From the IMG/VR virus record IMGVR_UViG_3300031993_000003: 64,000 nt of DNA; one strand, 5' to 3'. Below, piece after piece: positions 26,575 through 36,399 of the stretch (position 1 is the first letter of the stretch; each line of letters begins with the position of its first letter). The position numbers and the translations under genes are program-made. The notes under the pieces were generated by a model that worked only from the letters and a program-made list of their open reading frames with translations, made no database searches and was not told the origin of the DNA. The DNA is from a virus.

Positions 26575-27354
26575 ATGAATCCAACAAACACTTTCTTCAT
26601 TGGCAAGGACGGCATAGTCCAGCTTGACGACGTACTCTGTTCTATGACGGGAAGCTCCCGGGAGGTACCGGGAGGCGGCGGGGATAAGCCTGAACCGGAA
26701 CCGGAACCGGAACCGGAACCGGAACCGGAACCGGAACCGGAACCGGAACCGGTCGACCCGAATACGGTTATCATAGGCGGAAGGTCATACCGGACTACCA
26801 CCATAGGAAACCAGGTATGGATGGCCGAGAACCTGGACTACAAGTTCGACGGGTGCACGATAGGTGACGAATATGTAGAAAGTAAACCGGGCGCGTGGTA
26901 TCTTCATAACGACGAGACGACATATGGTGTAAACGGAAAAAAATACGGCCTATTATATAATGAAGATGCCATGCTGTATTTGGAAGAGCATTTATCCTCT
27001 CTTGGAATACCGGATGGCTGGCATGTTCCTAGCCAATCAGAAATAGAAACTCTTGTCGAAACTGCTGGTGGTGAAGAACTTGCAGGACCTAGGTTACGAG
27101 CTACCACTGAATGGAAACATGCAGACGGTATAGTAAATACTGATGAGTATTCATTTTCATTATTGCCGGGAGGCGCAAAATGGTCCGATAATTTCACTGA
27201 GGATGGTGAATCCGCATATTTCTGGAGTACTACTATAGACGATTGGGATGGTACATATTATCTATTTGCAACTGTGTATTATGGCGGGGCAGACCATGAT
27301 TGGTATAATGGGTCATATCGTGGGTTTTCCATTCGTCTCGTTAAGGATATGTAA
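26575..27354 (+). CDS. FISUMP (Fibrobacter succinogenes major paralogous) domain protein with Pro-Glu linker
   Basis: IGNQVWMAENL, YGLLY, PDGWHVPS..E, FSLLPGG, FWS, GFSIRLVKD. Confidence 0.9.
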   Translation: MNPTNTFFIGKDGIVQLDDVLCSMTGSSREVPGGGGDKPEPEPEPEPEPEPEPEPEPEPVDPNTVIIGGRSYRTTTIGNQVWMAENLDYKFDGCTIGDEYVESKPGAWYLHNDETTYGVNGKKYGLLYNEDAMLYLEEHLSSLGIPDGWHVPSQSEIETLVETAGGEELAGPRLRATTEWKHADGIVNTDEYSFSLLPGGAKWSDNFTEDGESAYFWSTTIDDWDGTYYLFATVYYGGADHDWYNGSYRGFSIRLVKDM

Positions 27355-27382
27355 CATCAAGATTAAGTAATAATCCCGGTAC

Positions 27383-27784
27383 CTACCGGTGCCTCCACCG
27401 GTTCATAACCTCGTTTGCCTCTGATGGGTCGGTGGTCACCCTGTTCTGCCCGTGGCTCTCGGCGAAATGGGGTACCTGTGGCCAGTGGTCGATGCACCCC
27501 ATGAAGTCGAATACGGACTTGAACTTGTAGTATGTGGAATGCCCTTTCCAGTCATCTAGGCATTCTATATCAATCCTGCAGCGTACGTACTCCCGGAGTC
27601 TCTTCTTGAACTCCTCGGCCTTCTGCTGTGTGTTGAACGAGCCTACTATTGCCGACTCGTTGGCATATGGGTAGATTGCAATCCACCTCCCGGGTCTCCT
27701 AGGTGCATCCGGGGACATCTTCCTTATGGTCTTCCTGGCGAAATGCAGGAATATGGCGAGGTATGCCGCGTTTCTTAAGGTCAT
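27383..27784 (-). CDS. shared-leader family protein
   Basis: MTLRNAAYLAIFLHFARKTIRKMSP. Confidence 0.8.
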   Translation of the reverse strand: MTLRNAAYLAIFLHFARKTIRKMSPDAPRRPGRWIAIYPYANESAIVGSFNTQQKAEEFKKRLREYVRCRIDIECLDDWKGHSTYYKFKSVFDFMGCIDHWPQVPHFAESHGQNRVTTDPSEANEVMNRWRHR

Positions 27785-28101
27785 TGGTAGATGAACTCGT
27801 CGTACGTTTCTACGAGTACCAGGTGCCTGTCCGGTGTCAGCTGTATCTTCTCTTGGATTTCCTCCATGACGTTCCTGGTACGTTCCTCTGCGCCAAGCAG
27901 GTATGAGCCCGTATGGTCGGCATGAACGAGGAACACCCCGTCCTTCCCGTGGGCCCTTTCCAGTATGCTGGCGGTGTCTTCGGAGGAGTTCCGGTAGACC
28001 TGTGCGCATATCCCGGAGTGTTCCAGGACGTCTAGCCACCGGTTGAAGCGCCGGCGAGTCTCGCACTCGAAGTTCGGTACTATCATTCGGTGAGTATGCA
28101 T
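27781..28101 (-). CDS. hypothetical protein
   Basis: stop/start overlaps with both neighbours. Confidence 0.65.
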   Translation of the reverse strand: MHTHRMIVPNFECETRRRFNRWLDVLEHSGICAQVYRNSSEDTASILERAHGKDGVFLVHADHTGSYLLGAEERTRNVMEEIQEKIQLTPDRHLVLVETYDEFIYQ

Positions 28102-29342
28102 CAGTACCTCGCCGCTTCCATGGGGTCGAGGAACCCGTGTATTCCGGACGAGCACTCGGTGTCGGTTATGTCGAAGGGCAGTTCTGGCCTGGCGGTCTTG
28201 CCGATGCGGTACCTGAACCCGGTGTCGTAGTTGGACCTGAGCGACGCGAACATGGGGAGCTTGATGTCCTGTACGGCGTTCACCTTTCCTTCACGGGACT
28301 GCAGAATCCTGTACAATGCAACCGGCTTGGCCTCTGATACGCGTACCTTCCTGGAGAACGCGGTGAACCGGGCTTCGGCGGGCGGTGGCACCTCCATCCT
28401 GATTATAACCGGTTCGTCCTTGTGGAACGGGCGTCGCATTATTACCTTCTTGTACAGGGTGGCCTTTCCCTTAGGGAACCCGGTAGACAGGTAAGTCGAA
28501 GTGAGCATGCGGCAGTCTGGGGGGATGCTGTATTCGGCGCACGCCGATACCCTTGCTGCGATTAAGCCTATCGTGGATATCGAGTCGAGCAGGATTCTGT
28601 GCAGGGTAACGTACCTGAATGACAAAGTCTCTATGCTAGAGCACTTTTTTATTTCGAAGTCCGTCACGGACGCGTCTTCGACCAATACGGTTCCGGGGAG
28701 GTTGGATGACACGATTCTCAGGTAGGCGTTCGTGATAGACGACATCGATAGTACCGATGCATGGTAGTTGCCCTGTTCCGGTGTCAGTGTAGAATTGACT
28801 AGCTCCACGCTTCCGGTTACCTTGTGGACGGAAACGTACCTGGCAGATATGCCGTTTAGGCTGACCTTGTAGAAATACTGTATCGACACGCGCTTGAATT
28901 GACAGTCGTTCATGGCCAGCGACGACAGCTTGTCCTTCGTCCCGGACAGCGACAGGCGTCCTCCGTTGCAAGCGGACATGATTATCCCGTAGCTGTTGTA
29001 GTCTTGATTTTCGGTGACAATGAGTACGCAGGTTGGCCCGAATTCGCAGGTTGGCCCGAATTCGCACCCGATGAAAGATGCCTTCCCGGTAAACTGGACT
29101 GTCCCGGGCGTTATCGAGTTGCCGATGAACTGGCAGTCCACGAATTCCACGTTGCCGACCGGGAGGTTCATTACTGTATATTCAAGGTTGAACGTGTATC
29201 CTTCGACCCGGTAACTGTACGGGCCTACCTGGGGGAACTCCTTGGCGAAGTCGAACCTGTTGTCGACGGTGATGCTTGTCTTTTTCTTCTTGCCGGAACT
29301 GTTCTTTTTAGTGGCGGGGGTCTGGGGTTTCTTCTTTTTCAT
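28101..29342 (-). CDS. beta-solenoid-like protein with C-terminal DUF5758-like domain
   Basis: LYKK...RKVRVSEA...F.Y.IG...CSSGIHGF. Confidence 0.7.
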   Translation of the reverse strand: MKKKKPQTPATKKNSSGKKKKTSITVDNRFDFAKEFPQVGPYSYRVEGYTFNLEYTVMNLPVGNVEFVDCQFIGNSITPGTVQFTGKASFIGCEFGPTCEFGPTCVLIVTENQDYNSYGIIMSACNGGRLSLSGTKDKLSSLAMNDCQFKRVSIQYFYKVSLNGISARYVSVHKVTGSVELVNSTLTPEQGNYHASVLSMSSITNAYLRIVSSNLPGTVLVEDASVTDFEIKKCSSIETLSFRYVTLHRILLDSISTIGLIAARVSACAEYSIPPDCRMLTSTYLSTGFPKGKATLYKKVIMRRPFHKDEPVIIRMEVPPPAEARFTAFSRKVRVSEAKPVALYRILQSREGKVNAVQDIKLPMFASLRSNYDTGFRYRIGKTARPELPFDITDTECSSGIHGFLDPMEAARY

Positions 29343-29390
29343 GCCTACAAATATAGCAAAAAGTTTGCACAAATTGCTATATTTGGTGGC

Positions 29391-29810
29391 ATGCGGATTG
29401 CGGTGTACCTTTCCATCATACTCTATTTCCTCAGGAGACTATTCCGGAGGGTTATGGCGCCTGCCCGCAAGGCCAGGCTGAATCCGGGGAAGAAGTATCC
29501 TTGCCACATCAACCTGTTCAAGATAGACGACATGGGGAGGCTGGGGAGGTTCTACCACGTAGGGTCGGAGCTGATGCTCAACGAACGCCTGCGGAGTGCC
29601 GCGGAGGAATACCTGGAGAAGCACTACGATAGAGTGTTTGCCGACAACGGCGGCTGGACTACCGGAATAGGCACCGACGATGCGGACGACGGGAGCTTCC
29701 AGGAACTTCTCGACACGATGTCCGTGGAGCAAAGCGCCAAGTTCTATAAGATGTGCAGGACGATGGTGTTCGACTTAAAGAAGTTCCTGGCGAGGATGGA
29801 AAATGCGTAG
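29391..29810 (+). CDS. shared-leader family protein
   Basis: MRIAVYLSIILYFLRRLFRRVMAP; leaderless start. Confidence 0.8.
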   Translation: MRIAVYLSIILYFLRRLFRRVMAPARKARLNPGKKYPCHINLFKIDDMGRLGRFYHVGSELMLNERLRSAAEEYLEKHYDRVFADNGGWTTGIGTDDADDGSFQELLDTMSVEQSAKFYKMCRTMVFDLKKFLARMENA

Positions 29811-30207
29811 GGCTATATACTGTGCGATGGTTATTTCGTTCCTGCGGAGGTTGAAAAGCAAGGTCCTTGTGCCTGCCGGTAGCAGCCGGGTGAAGGCCAG
29901 GGTTGGAGACCGGCCATGCGAGTGCGCGATGTTCCTGTACAAGGCCAGTACGATTAACTACCGGATAGGCGGCAAGTTCATTGTGGGTGGCAGGGCGTCA
30001 TGGGATGTCAACGATAGACTGCTTGAGAAGTACGGGAAGGTGGCCAGGTCATTCGGATACAATATTGGATTCTATATTGCGAGTAAGGACGATGTCATAA
30101 GCGGTTATCCCGTGGAATTTACATCGCAGAATATGATGAACTTCCTTCACCAGGCATACGACTATGTACTGAAGATATTGCCGGAAGGATGCAAGAGGAT
30201 TGCTTGA
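29803..30207 (+). CDS. shared-leader family protein
   Basis: MRRAIYCAMVISFLRRLKSKVLVPAG. Confidence 0.8.
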   Translation: MRRAIYCAMVISFLRRLKSKVLVPAGSSRVKARVGDRPCECAMFLYKASTINYRIGGKFIVGGRASWDVNDRLLEKYGKVARSFGYNIGFYIASKDDVISGYPVEFTSQNMMNFLHQAYDYVLKILPEGCKRIA

Positions 30208-30209
30208 CG

Positions 30210-30581
30210 ATGAAGAACGCAGTGTACTTTGCGATATTTCTATATTTCCTCCGGAAGGTGATGTGGCGGCTCCTCCCGGTGGCATCAGGTACTCCCTGGG
30301 TGGTGCTATGGCTGTTGAGGTACGAGGACGAGCCAGGGTCCACCAGGGACAGGTACGTCAGGGTATACGAGGGGCATTCGGCGGTTGCCGCCGGGTGGGC
30401 CCGGGATACTATGATTCTTAATGATTGGAACAGGGAGTTCATAGTGCTGTGCCGTAAGGGACAGCAGAGGGACATCAGGATACTCGACCTGCAGGATGAC
30501 TTCAGCGAGATATACGACCTGATGGACGAATTCAGCGCTGACGAGCTCCGAGACATAGCGCAGAAGGCGAGGTCGATATGA
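30210..30581 (+). CDS. shared-leader family protein
   Basis: MKNAVYFAIFLYFLRKVMWRLLP. Confidence 0.8.
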   Translation: MKNAVYFAIFLYFLRKVMWRLLPVASGTPWVVLWLLRYEDEPGSTRDRYVRVYEGHSAVAAGWARDTMILNDWNREFIVLCRKGQQRDIRILDLQDDFSEIYDLMDEFSADELRDIAQKARSI

Positions 30582-31015
30582 GGAAGGCTATATACTTGTC
30601 GCTGTTGCTGCGGTTCGCCCGCAGGGTCATCCGGAAGGCTAGCCCGGGCAATAAGGAAGCCAAACCAGTTTCTCCCGGTGACATCCCGCTGCCTGCATCG
30701 GGGACATACGGGCTGTTCCTGGTGGACCACTGCGAGAGTCCGGTATATTACCTGTATGGCAACAAGTTCAAGGTTCCTGACGACGAGAATTCCAGGATGA
30801 CACTATATGTGCTGATGCGGCTGATAAAGGGAAAGTACTGTTCCGAAAGGACGCATGTTGGGTTCAGCGTAGAGATACTGCCTTCGGATGGGCCGGAGGA
30901 CTACGTGGGGATGTATCCGGCCTGGACTCAGCACTATGAACAGCACGACAAGGTGATGACCGAGGCATACGGTCATGTAATGGACACAATTCCACCGGAG
31001 TGGTTCCTTGACTAG
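30578..31015 (+). CDS. shared-leader family protein
   Basis: MRKAIYLSLLLRFARRVIRKASP. Confidence 0.8.
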   Translation: MRKAIYLSLLLRFARRVIRKASPGNKEAKPVSPGDIPLPASGTYGLFLVDHCESPVYYLYGNKFKVPDDENSRMTLYVLMRLIKGKYCSERTHVGFSVEILPSDGPEDYVGMYPAWTQHYEQHDKVMTEAYGHVMDTIPPEWFLD

Positions 31016-31433
31016 GGCGGTGTACATCGCAATATTCATAGGTTTCATCCGGAGGTTGCTGCGGAAGGTACTGGTGCCTACCGGTAGCTCTCCGGTGGAC
31101 CCGTTCAGTCCGGGAGGGAAGACCTACAGCATGTACATGATAGATACGGACCTGCACGAGGTCTACTTCAAGTATGGCTGGGAGTTTTACATTCCGGTAG
31201 ACAGCGCGTCGGTACGACGCTTTATCGAACTGAGACAACGGTTCGAACAAAGGTACACCGGAACGGAAACCGGGATGCCGTTCGGCATTCTACTTCTTAG
31301 TTCTTCCGTTTCGGATACGAGGTGGACAAGCTATCCCAGGTACATGGACTACCGTAGTGTACTTGAGCATGCCTGGGCTGACCTCACGAGCATCATGCCG
31401 GGAGAGTGGTTGAGGTTCCCGAATGACAGGTAG
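31008..31433 (+). CDS. shared-leader family protein
   Basis: RAVYIAIFIGFIRRLLRKVLVP. Confidence 0.8.
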   Translation: MTRAVYIAIFIGFIRRLLRKVLVPTGSSPVDPFSPGGKTYSMYMIDTDLHEVYFKYGWEFYIPVDSASVRRFIELRQRFEQRYTGTETGMPFGILLLSSSVSDTRWTSYPRYMDYRSVLEHAWADLTSIMPGEWLRFPNDR

Positions 31434-31806
31434 GGCGGTATATATAGCAATTATTATTGGTTTCTTCCGGAGGCTGCTGCGGAAGGTTATGGTGCCTGCC
31501 GGGAAGCACCGGGCGTTCGCCCTGTATATAGTGGTATACGGAGATTACTACGCAGTTCCAGGTACAGTGCGTGATATGACCGACGGCCTGGCGTGCCTGG
31601 TAAGCGGGGCGGTAATCGATGCGTGGGGGGACTGCTGCGACAAGGCAATTCCATCCATGCGCCTGCAGGTACTCCCGATAGGAAGGCACTACCGGCCGCT
31701 ATGCGAGCTGGAGGACCGGCTCGATGATGCCGAGAAAGCGAGCCTGCGCTGCATAGTCAACGGTGCGCGTGCCACATATAACGACGTGTGGAGGTGGAAC
31801 AAATGA
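31423..31806 (+). CDS. shared-leader family protein
   Basis: RAVYIAIIIGFFRRLLRKVMVP. Confidence 0.8.
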   Translation: MTGRAVYIAIIIGFFRRLLRKVMVPAGKHRAFALYIVVYGDYYAVPGTVRDMTDGLACLVSGAVIDAWGDCCDKAIPSMRLQVLPIGRHYRPLCELEDRLDDAEKASLRCIVNGARATYNDVWRWNK

Positions 31807-32084
31807 AGAATGCGGTGTACTTCGCCATATTCCTGCATTTTGCAAGGAATACAATACGGAAGATTTCCGATAGCAAGTATGCCAGGCCGGTCCGTACGTG
31901 CTTCCGCATGGAAGAAAACGGTGTCAAGATATACTGGGACATGTATGCTGACAAGTCATACGGTGTGTCCATGGCGAGGCGTTACATGTATACAGATGAC
32001 AACAAGGGAAACCTGAAGTCGCCGTATGACATAGTGAAGGACCTCGTGAAAAATAAATACCCTAGCATAATGGAGAGGAAATGA
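31803..32084 (+). CDS. shared-leader family protein
   Basis: MKNAVYFAIFLHFARNTIRKIS. Confidence 0.8.
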   Translation: MKNAVYFAIFLHFARNTIRKISDSKYARPVRTCFRMEENGVKIYWDMYADKSYGVSMARRYMYTDDNKGNLKSPYDIVKDLVKNKYPSIMERK

Positions 32085-32491
32085 GGAACGCGTGCTACTT
32101 TGCCTTGATACTATGGTTCCTCCGGAAGATTATGAGAAGGATAATCCCCTCCGGCGGACAGAGGTACTGCTGCCTGGTTGAACTGACGTCAGGCGATATA
32201 TACTGCTTCGCGTCTTACGGGAGCATACTGAAGTGCCAGGAGGCAACCATGATGCTCCGGGATGCGATAGATAATGAAGGCAAGCATGGGTTCGTCATTG
32301 CATATGGCAGGAAGGACAACGACCGTCCCCCGGTAGGCATCAAGGTGACTTCCCGGGAAATCCATAACATATGGAACGAGAACGACGAGCGGGTTAAGAT
32401 GGGGAGGGCCCACTTCCCTACGACATTCGAACTGATTAGACGGGTTTCCAGGAGCCTGTGCCAGGACGTAGATACCTGCCGGTGCCAATAG
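32081..32491 (+). CDS. shared-leader family protein
   Basis: MRNACYFALILWFLRKIMRRIIP. Confidence 0.8.
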   Translation: MRNACYFALILWFLRKIMRRIIPSGGQRYCCLVELTSGDIYCFASYGSILKCQEATMMLRDAIDNEGKHGFVIAYGRKDNDRPPVGIKVTSREIHNIWNENDERVKMGRAHFPTTFELIRRVSRSLCQDVDTCRCQ

Positions 32492-32499
32492 GAGTTTAA

Positions 32500-34002
32500 A
32501 TGGGTAAGCCAGTAATAAGGAAGCATCCGACCCTGGACATAGAGGTGTCTAGCGACGGACTGGTCAGAGTAAGCGATGAATCCGGGTGGATTCCGGGGGT
32601 GAAGGATGGTGGCAAGCTCAGTGTACGAATCGGAAGCCATCGGTATAGTATACACCGGCTTGTCGCGGAGACGTTCATGCCGAACCCGAAGAACTTGCCG
32701 AACGTTCTCCATGTTGACGGGGACTTCAGGAACAACAGGGTGGAGAACCTGAAGTACGGTGTGCGCGGAGGACTGGAGGCCAGAAGACTTGACATAGCTA
32801 CTGCATTGGCCATAGCAAGCAGGTATGACAAGGTGGTCGACCTTGTGAAGAACGACGCGTCCGTATACGATGTACTGTGGAAGAACGGGCTAGTCGACAA
32901 GGTGTTTCCAAACCGGGTCAAGAAGATGACCCTGGAGGAATGCAAGAAGCGTGCTGCCGAATGCAATACGCTGGTAGAGTTCCGTCGGAAGTATCCGAAT
33001 ACGTACATGAAGTGCAAGAAGGATAATACAATATGGGAGCTCGGGTTTCCCGATACGGCAGATGTCCTGCTGAACTCCCGGGAACTGCGTATTTCTGACG
33101 AGAAGATATGGGAGGCAGCCCAGCAGTTCAGTACTATAAACGACTTCCGTACGAAGAATCCGAAGATGTATGACCGCGCAGTGCGGCATGGCCTTATAGG
33201 AAAGATGACGTTCCTATCACGGAACAAGCATCTGGACAAGGATAGGTACCGTGATTCAGTATACGTATACGAGTTCCCGTCGCATAATACCGCATACGTT
33301 GGCCGTACCGTATCGATATGCCAGAGGGACTCGGCCCATCGCATGTGTGGAGACAAGGTGCGCGACTATGCGGACTCTATCGGTGAGCCGGTTCCCAAGG
33401 TCAAGATACTGCATTCCGGCCTGAATCCGGAGGATGGTGCCTATATAGAGATTAGCGAGATTGCCCATTACCGGGATGCTGGATGGGTTATGCTCAACGA
33501 GAAGTCCGGGGGAGGGCTTGGTGGACTTGAACGGATTACGAAGGCGGACTGCTTCAGGATAGCACGGCAGTTCACTGACTACACGGAGTTCCGAAAGCAG
33601 TATCCGTATATCGTAGACAAGATGCGCAGGAATGGCTGGATAGGAGAATGCGACTGGCTGAAACGTCGTAGGAGGCCGGCAGGTACTTGGATGGACAAGG
33701 AGAACTGCAGAATAGAGGCGGCCAAGTTCAGTACCCGTAACGAGATGCGCATGCACAGCAGGGTAGCGTACGAGGTATGCAAGCGAAATGGTTGGGACGT
33801 AGATTTTTTCGACGAGCCTCCACGGCCAACTGCAAGGAAGGTAGTCAGGCTCTCCCGGACAGGAAAGGTATACCGCCGGTATAATTCACTGAAGGAGGCA
33901 GCCGAGGCAGCCGGGACATTCCCGCAGACTGTAAGCGCTATATGCCGTAAGGTGATGAAGTCGTGGAAGGGGATAGTGTTCCGCTACGCGGACGAAGTCT
34001 AG
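32500..34002 (+). CDS. homing-endonuclease-like protein: HNH + GIY-YIG-like + NUMOD1-like
   Basis: HRLVA...HVDG...NNRVENL; VYVY...YVGRT...R..H...E...N; YNSLKEAA. Confidence 0.75.
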   Translation: MGKPVIRKHPTLDIEVSSDGLVRVSDESGWIPGVKDGGKLSVRIGSHRYSIHRLVAETFMPNPKNLPNVLHVDGDFRNNRVENLKYGVRGGLEARRLDIATALAIASRYDKVVDLVKNDASVYDVLWKNGLVDKVFPNRVKKMTLEECKKRAAECNTLVEFRRKYPNTYMKCKKDNTIWELGFPDTADVLLNSRELRISDEKIWEAAQQFSTINDFRTKNPKMYDRAVRHGLIGKMTFLSRNKHLDKDRYRDSVYVYEFPSHNTAYVGRTVSICQRDSAHRMCGDKVRDYADSIGEPVPKVKILHSGLNPEDGAYIEISEIAHYRDAGWVMLNEKSGGGLGGLERITKADCFRIARQFTDYTEFRKQYPYIVDKMRRNGWIGECDWLKRRRRPAGTWMDKENCRIEAAKFSTRNEMRMHSRVAYEVCKRNGWDVDFFDEPPRPTARKVVRLSRTGKVYRRYNSLKEAAEAAGTFPQTVSAICRKVMKSWKGIVFRYADEV

Positions 34003-34124
34003 ATATGCAGGAATAGCAGGGCAAGCCCGCTGATTATGGCGATTAGGAGTACTGCAAGGGCGAGGAAACCGAACCCTGCGGCTATCCATTCTACAATTTC
34101 GCGTATCTTGCTATTGGTGCTCAT
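33999..34124 (-). CDS. 41-aa single-TM peptide (not in ORF track)
   Basis: MSTNSKIREIVEWIAAGFGFLALAVLLIAIISGLALLFLHI. Confidence 0.55.
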   Translation of the reverse strand: MSTNSKIREIVEWIAAGFGFLALAVLLIAIISGLALLFLHI

Positions 34125-34142
34125 ACCGGAAAGTTTATGCAC

Positions 34143-34517
34143 TTACGGCTGGGTGGTGGACGCTGTCTGGCTCTCGTTGGCGGACAGGACCAGTGCCCTG
34201 AGGAGAACTGTGGTGTTCCTGTCCATTGTATCGGCGTCGAATATGGAATTTGCCTTTCCATGGAAGTTTGACAGTAGTATGACGAGCTCGCGGGGATTCT
34301 TGGCGTATACGGGCTGGTTCAGTACGGCCTTCGCCTTCCTTGCGAACTTCATTGCCTTCCCCTCGCTGTGGAAACGTCCGAGTATGTACGCGGTGCCTTC
34401 GTAGCCGAGTACGACGGTATACTCCCCGGGGCCGCCGGGAGAGAGCTTCCGGTAGGTCCTGCGGAGGAACCGGAGAAAAAGCGTTGCGTAGAAGGCGTCG
34501 TATGCTGTAGGTATCAT
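34143..34517 (-). CDS. shared-leader family protein
   Basis: DAFYATLFLRFLRRTYRKLSP. Confidence 0.8.
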   Translation of the reverse strand: MIPTAYDAFYATLFLRFLRRTYRKLSPGGPGEYTVVLGYEGTAYILGRFHSEGKAMKFARKAKAVLNQPVYAKNPRELVILLSNFHGKANSIFDADTMDRNTTVLLRALVLSANESQTASTTQP

Positions 34518-34891
34518 AATGTGGTGCTCCTCAAGTCCTGGCCTGCCGCCTGGCACATCTTCCTGATTTCCGGGGTGTCAGGCGGCATGCTGAATTTGCC
34601 TGCACACTCGAAAATGGAAAGGAACTGTGCGTCGCGGTACTTATGCCGGTACTGCTCGACGGTAAGCCCGCTGCCCATGCGGTATCCGGTAAGCTTGACT
34701 ATCTTCTGGCAGAGCTGTGTTGCCCTGTCCTGCGAGATGAAGGTCCCGCACACGTAATGTTCCCCGTAAGGTATTGCCACTATGTATTTCTGCGATATGT
34801 CGACGGATGTGTCGGGAACCGCCTGGCGGAATATTTTCCGGAGGGCGGCGATGAATATGGACAGGTAGAACGCGTTGAATATGGTTTTCAT
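34514..34891 (-). CDS. shared-leader family protein
   Basis: NAFYLSIFIAALRKIFRQAVP. Confidence 0.8.
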   Translation of the reverse strand: MKTIFNAFYLSIFIAALRKIFRQAVPDTSVDISQKYIVAIPYGEHYVCGTFISQDRATQLCQKIVKLTGYRMGSGLTVEQYRHKYRDAQFLSIFECAGKFSMPPDTPEIRKMCQAAGQDLRSTTL

Positions 34892-34893
34892 CG

Positions 34894-35268
34894 TTAATTC
34901 TCGGCCTCGTATTCATGGACGAACGCCCGTATGATTGTGCGCTTGCTGAGGGACAGGTAATCCCTGGTCTTGTCGTCATCGAATATGGAGCTGCTGCTAC
35001 CGCTGCATTTCTGTGCGACGTAGCCTTGGATTTCCCTGGCCTGTACGATTTGGCAGATGTACCCGCTTTCAGCTTCTACGGTTCGCTTTGCCCTTTCTGC
35101 CACGGATAGCGAACGGTATCTTCCTGCGATGATGCAGTGCTCGCAGAAAGGAATGACGACGTGATAGTCATTCATTGATGCGGGGTGTATGGTGAACCGG
35201 TCGACAATCTTGCGGACTGCCGCTATGAACAGGGATAGGTAGAACGCCTTGTAGATTTTATTGAACAT
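34894..35268 (-). CDS. shared-leader family protein
   Basis: KAFYLSLFIAAVRKIVDR; start just after the promoter motif. Confidence 0.8.
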   Translation of the reverse strand: MFNKIYKAFYLSLFIAAVRKIVDRFTIHPASMNDYHVVIPFCEHCIIAGRYRSLSVAERAKRTVEAESGYICQIVQAREIQGYVAQKCSGSSSSIFDDDKTRDYLSLSKRTIIRAFVHEYEAEN

Positions 35269-35331
35269 TGACACCACAAATATAGCAAAAAGTTTTCGAA
35301 AAATTGCTATATTTGGTGAAAAGAGGACAAT

Positions 35332-36399
35332 ATGGAAGATTGCAAGTCCACATTCGACATAAAGATTGAAAAGTTCCTTGATACCGCCAAGTACGGGTAC
35401 GAGGTTATCGACGGTATTACCGGCAAGACCATGAGGCTCAACAGCGTGCATGCGGAGCACGCGGAACACAACGAGCTGACCGTCTCCGACCTTCATCAGA
35501 TGGCGGGCAGTGTGCATTGGTGTGCAACTGTATCCCTGGATGATATAACTGAAGGCCGCATGTGCTATGACCGTGGGGAATCTATGACTGACAGCATGCT
35601 TGAGGACGACCCCCTGTTCATCCGAATCATGGACATGATAAGGTACAATATCGTCGAGCCGAAGGAAGTACTGCAGCACGTTCAGCACTTTCTCGGGTCC
35701 CTGGGAACTCCCGGGGAGGACTGGGAGTTCAGCACCGAGGACGTTGCCAGTGCAAGTTTCACTGACATCAGGCGGACAATGGTCAGTGCACCGAAGTATA
35801 CCTGGCGACGGCTGGTGGTACACTGGCGGAACGCTCCGGAAGGAAAGCTGTGGTTCGTTCTCTATCCTAGTCGCAAGGGCCGGGCCATAGCCGCGCTGTG
35901 CGACGACACGGCGGGCGAGTTCGTATCGGCAGTGACAGACCTGTTCGCCGTCCTGTCCGAGATGGACGGAATGTGTTACGGGAGCGACGAGTTCAACAAG
36001 AGGCTGTACGACATCAAGGCGTGCATACAGAATATCGCCAAGTTCAAGCTGGACGATGATACCCCGGAGCCTCTCAGCAAGCTCCCGGGAGAAAAGGTGG
36101 AAGGAATGGGGATTCTCGACGATTCTATTCTGGATATGATGGTGGACGGCTCGCTCATACCGATTGTGCCGCCGAAACGGACGGAGTACGGAGCCATTTC
36201 TGCACTTTACGACGTCTCCAATACGCATACCGGTTGGGACTGCCTCAAAATTCTCTCGTTCGATAATGCGGGTGAAATTGAATGGACCATGAACTTCGCG
36301 GGGCCGGAAGGAAAGGACATTCACCGGACATACGTATTCGACAAGAAGAGCTCGAAGAAACTCTACCGTACGATGTCCCTGCTAGTGGAGGCTAAGTGA
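35332..36399 (+). CDS. hypothetical protein
   Basis: 355-aa ORF after promoter and AGAGGA. Confidence 0.75.
   Translation: MEDCKSTFDIKIEKFLDTAKYGYEVIDGITGKTMRLNSVHAEHAEHNELTVSDLHQMAGSVHWCATVSLDDITEGRMCYDRGESMTDSMLEDDPLFIRIMDMIRYNIVEPKEVLQHVQHFLGSLGTPGEDWEFSTEDVASASFTDIRRTMVSAPKYTWRRLVVHWRNAPEGKLWFVLYPSRKGRAIAALCDDTAGEFVSAVTDLFAVLSEMDGMCYGSDEFNKRLYDIKACIQNIAKFKLDDDTPEPLSKLPGEKVEGMGILDDSILDMMVDGSLIPIVPPKRTEYGAISALYDVSNTHTGWDCLKILSFDNAGEIEWTMNFAGPEGKDIHRTYVFDKKSSKKLYRTMSLLVEAK

Noticed and set aside
26575-27354. Complete diversity-generating retroelement
   Set aside because: No reverse transcriptase or template repeat is visible in the window.
34894-36324. 476-aa minus-strand ORF
   Set aside because: Only 34894-35268 is credible; the rest is antisense to 35332-36399 and crosses a divergent promoter pair. 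The same applies to the 5' extensions of 28899, 50705 and 58390.
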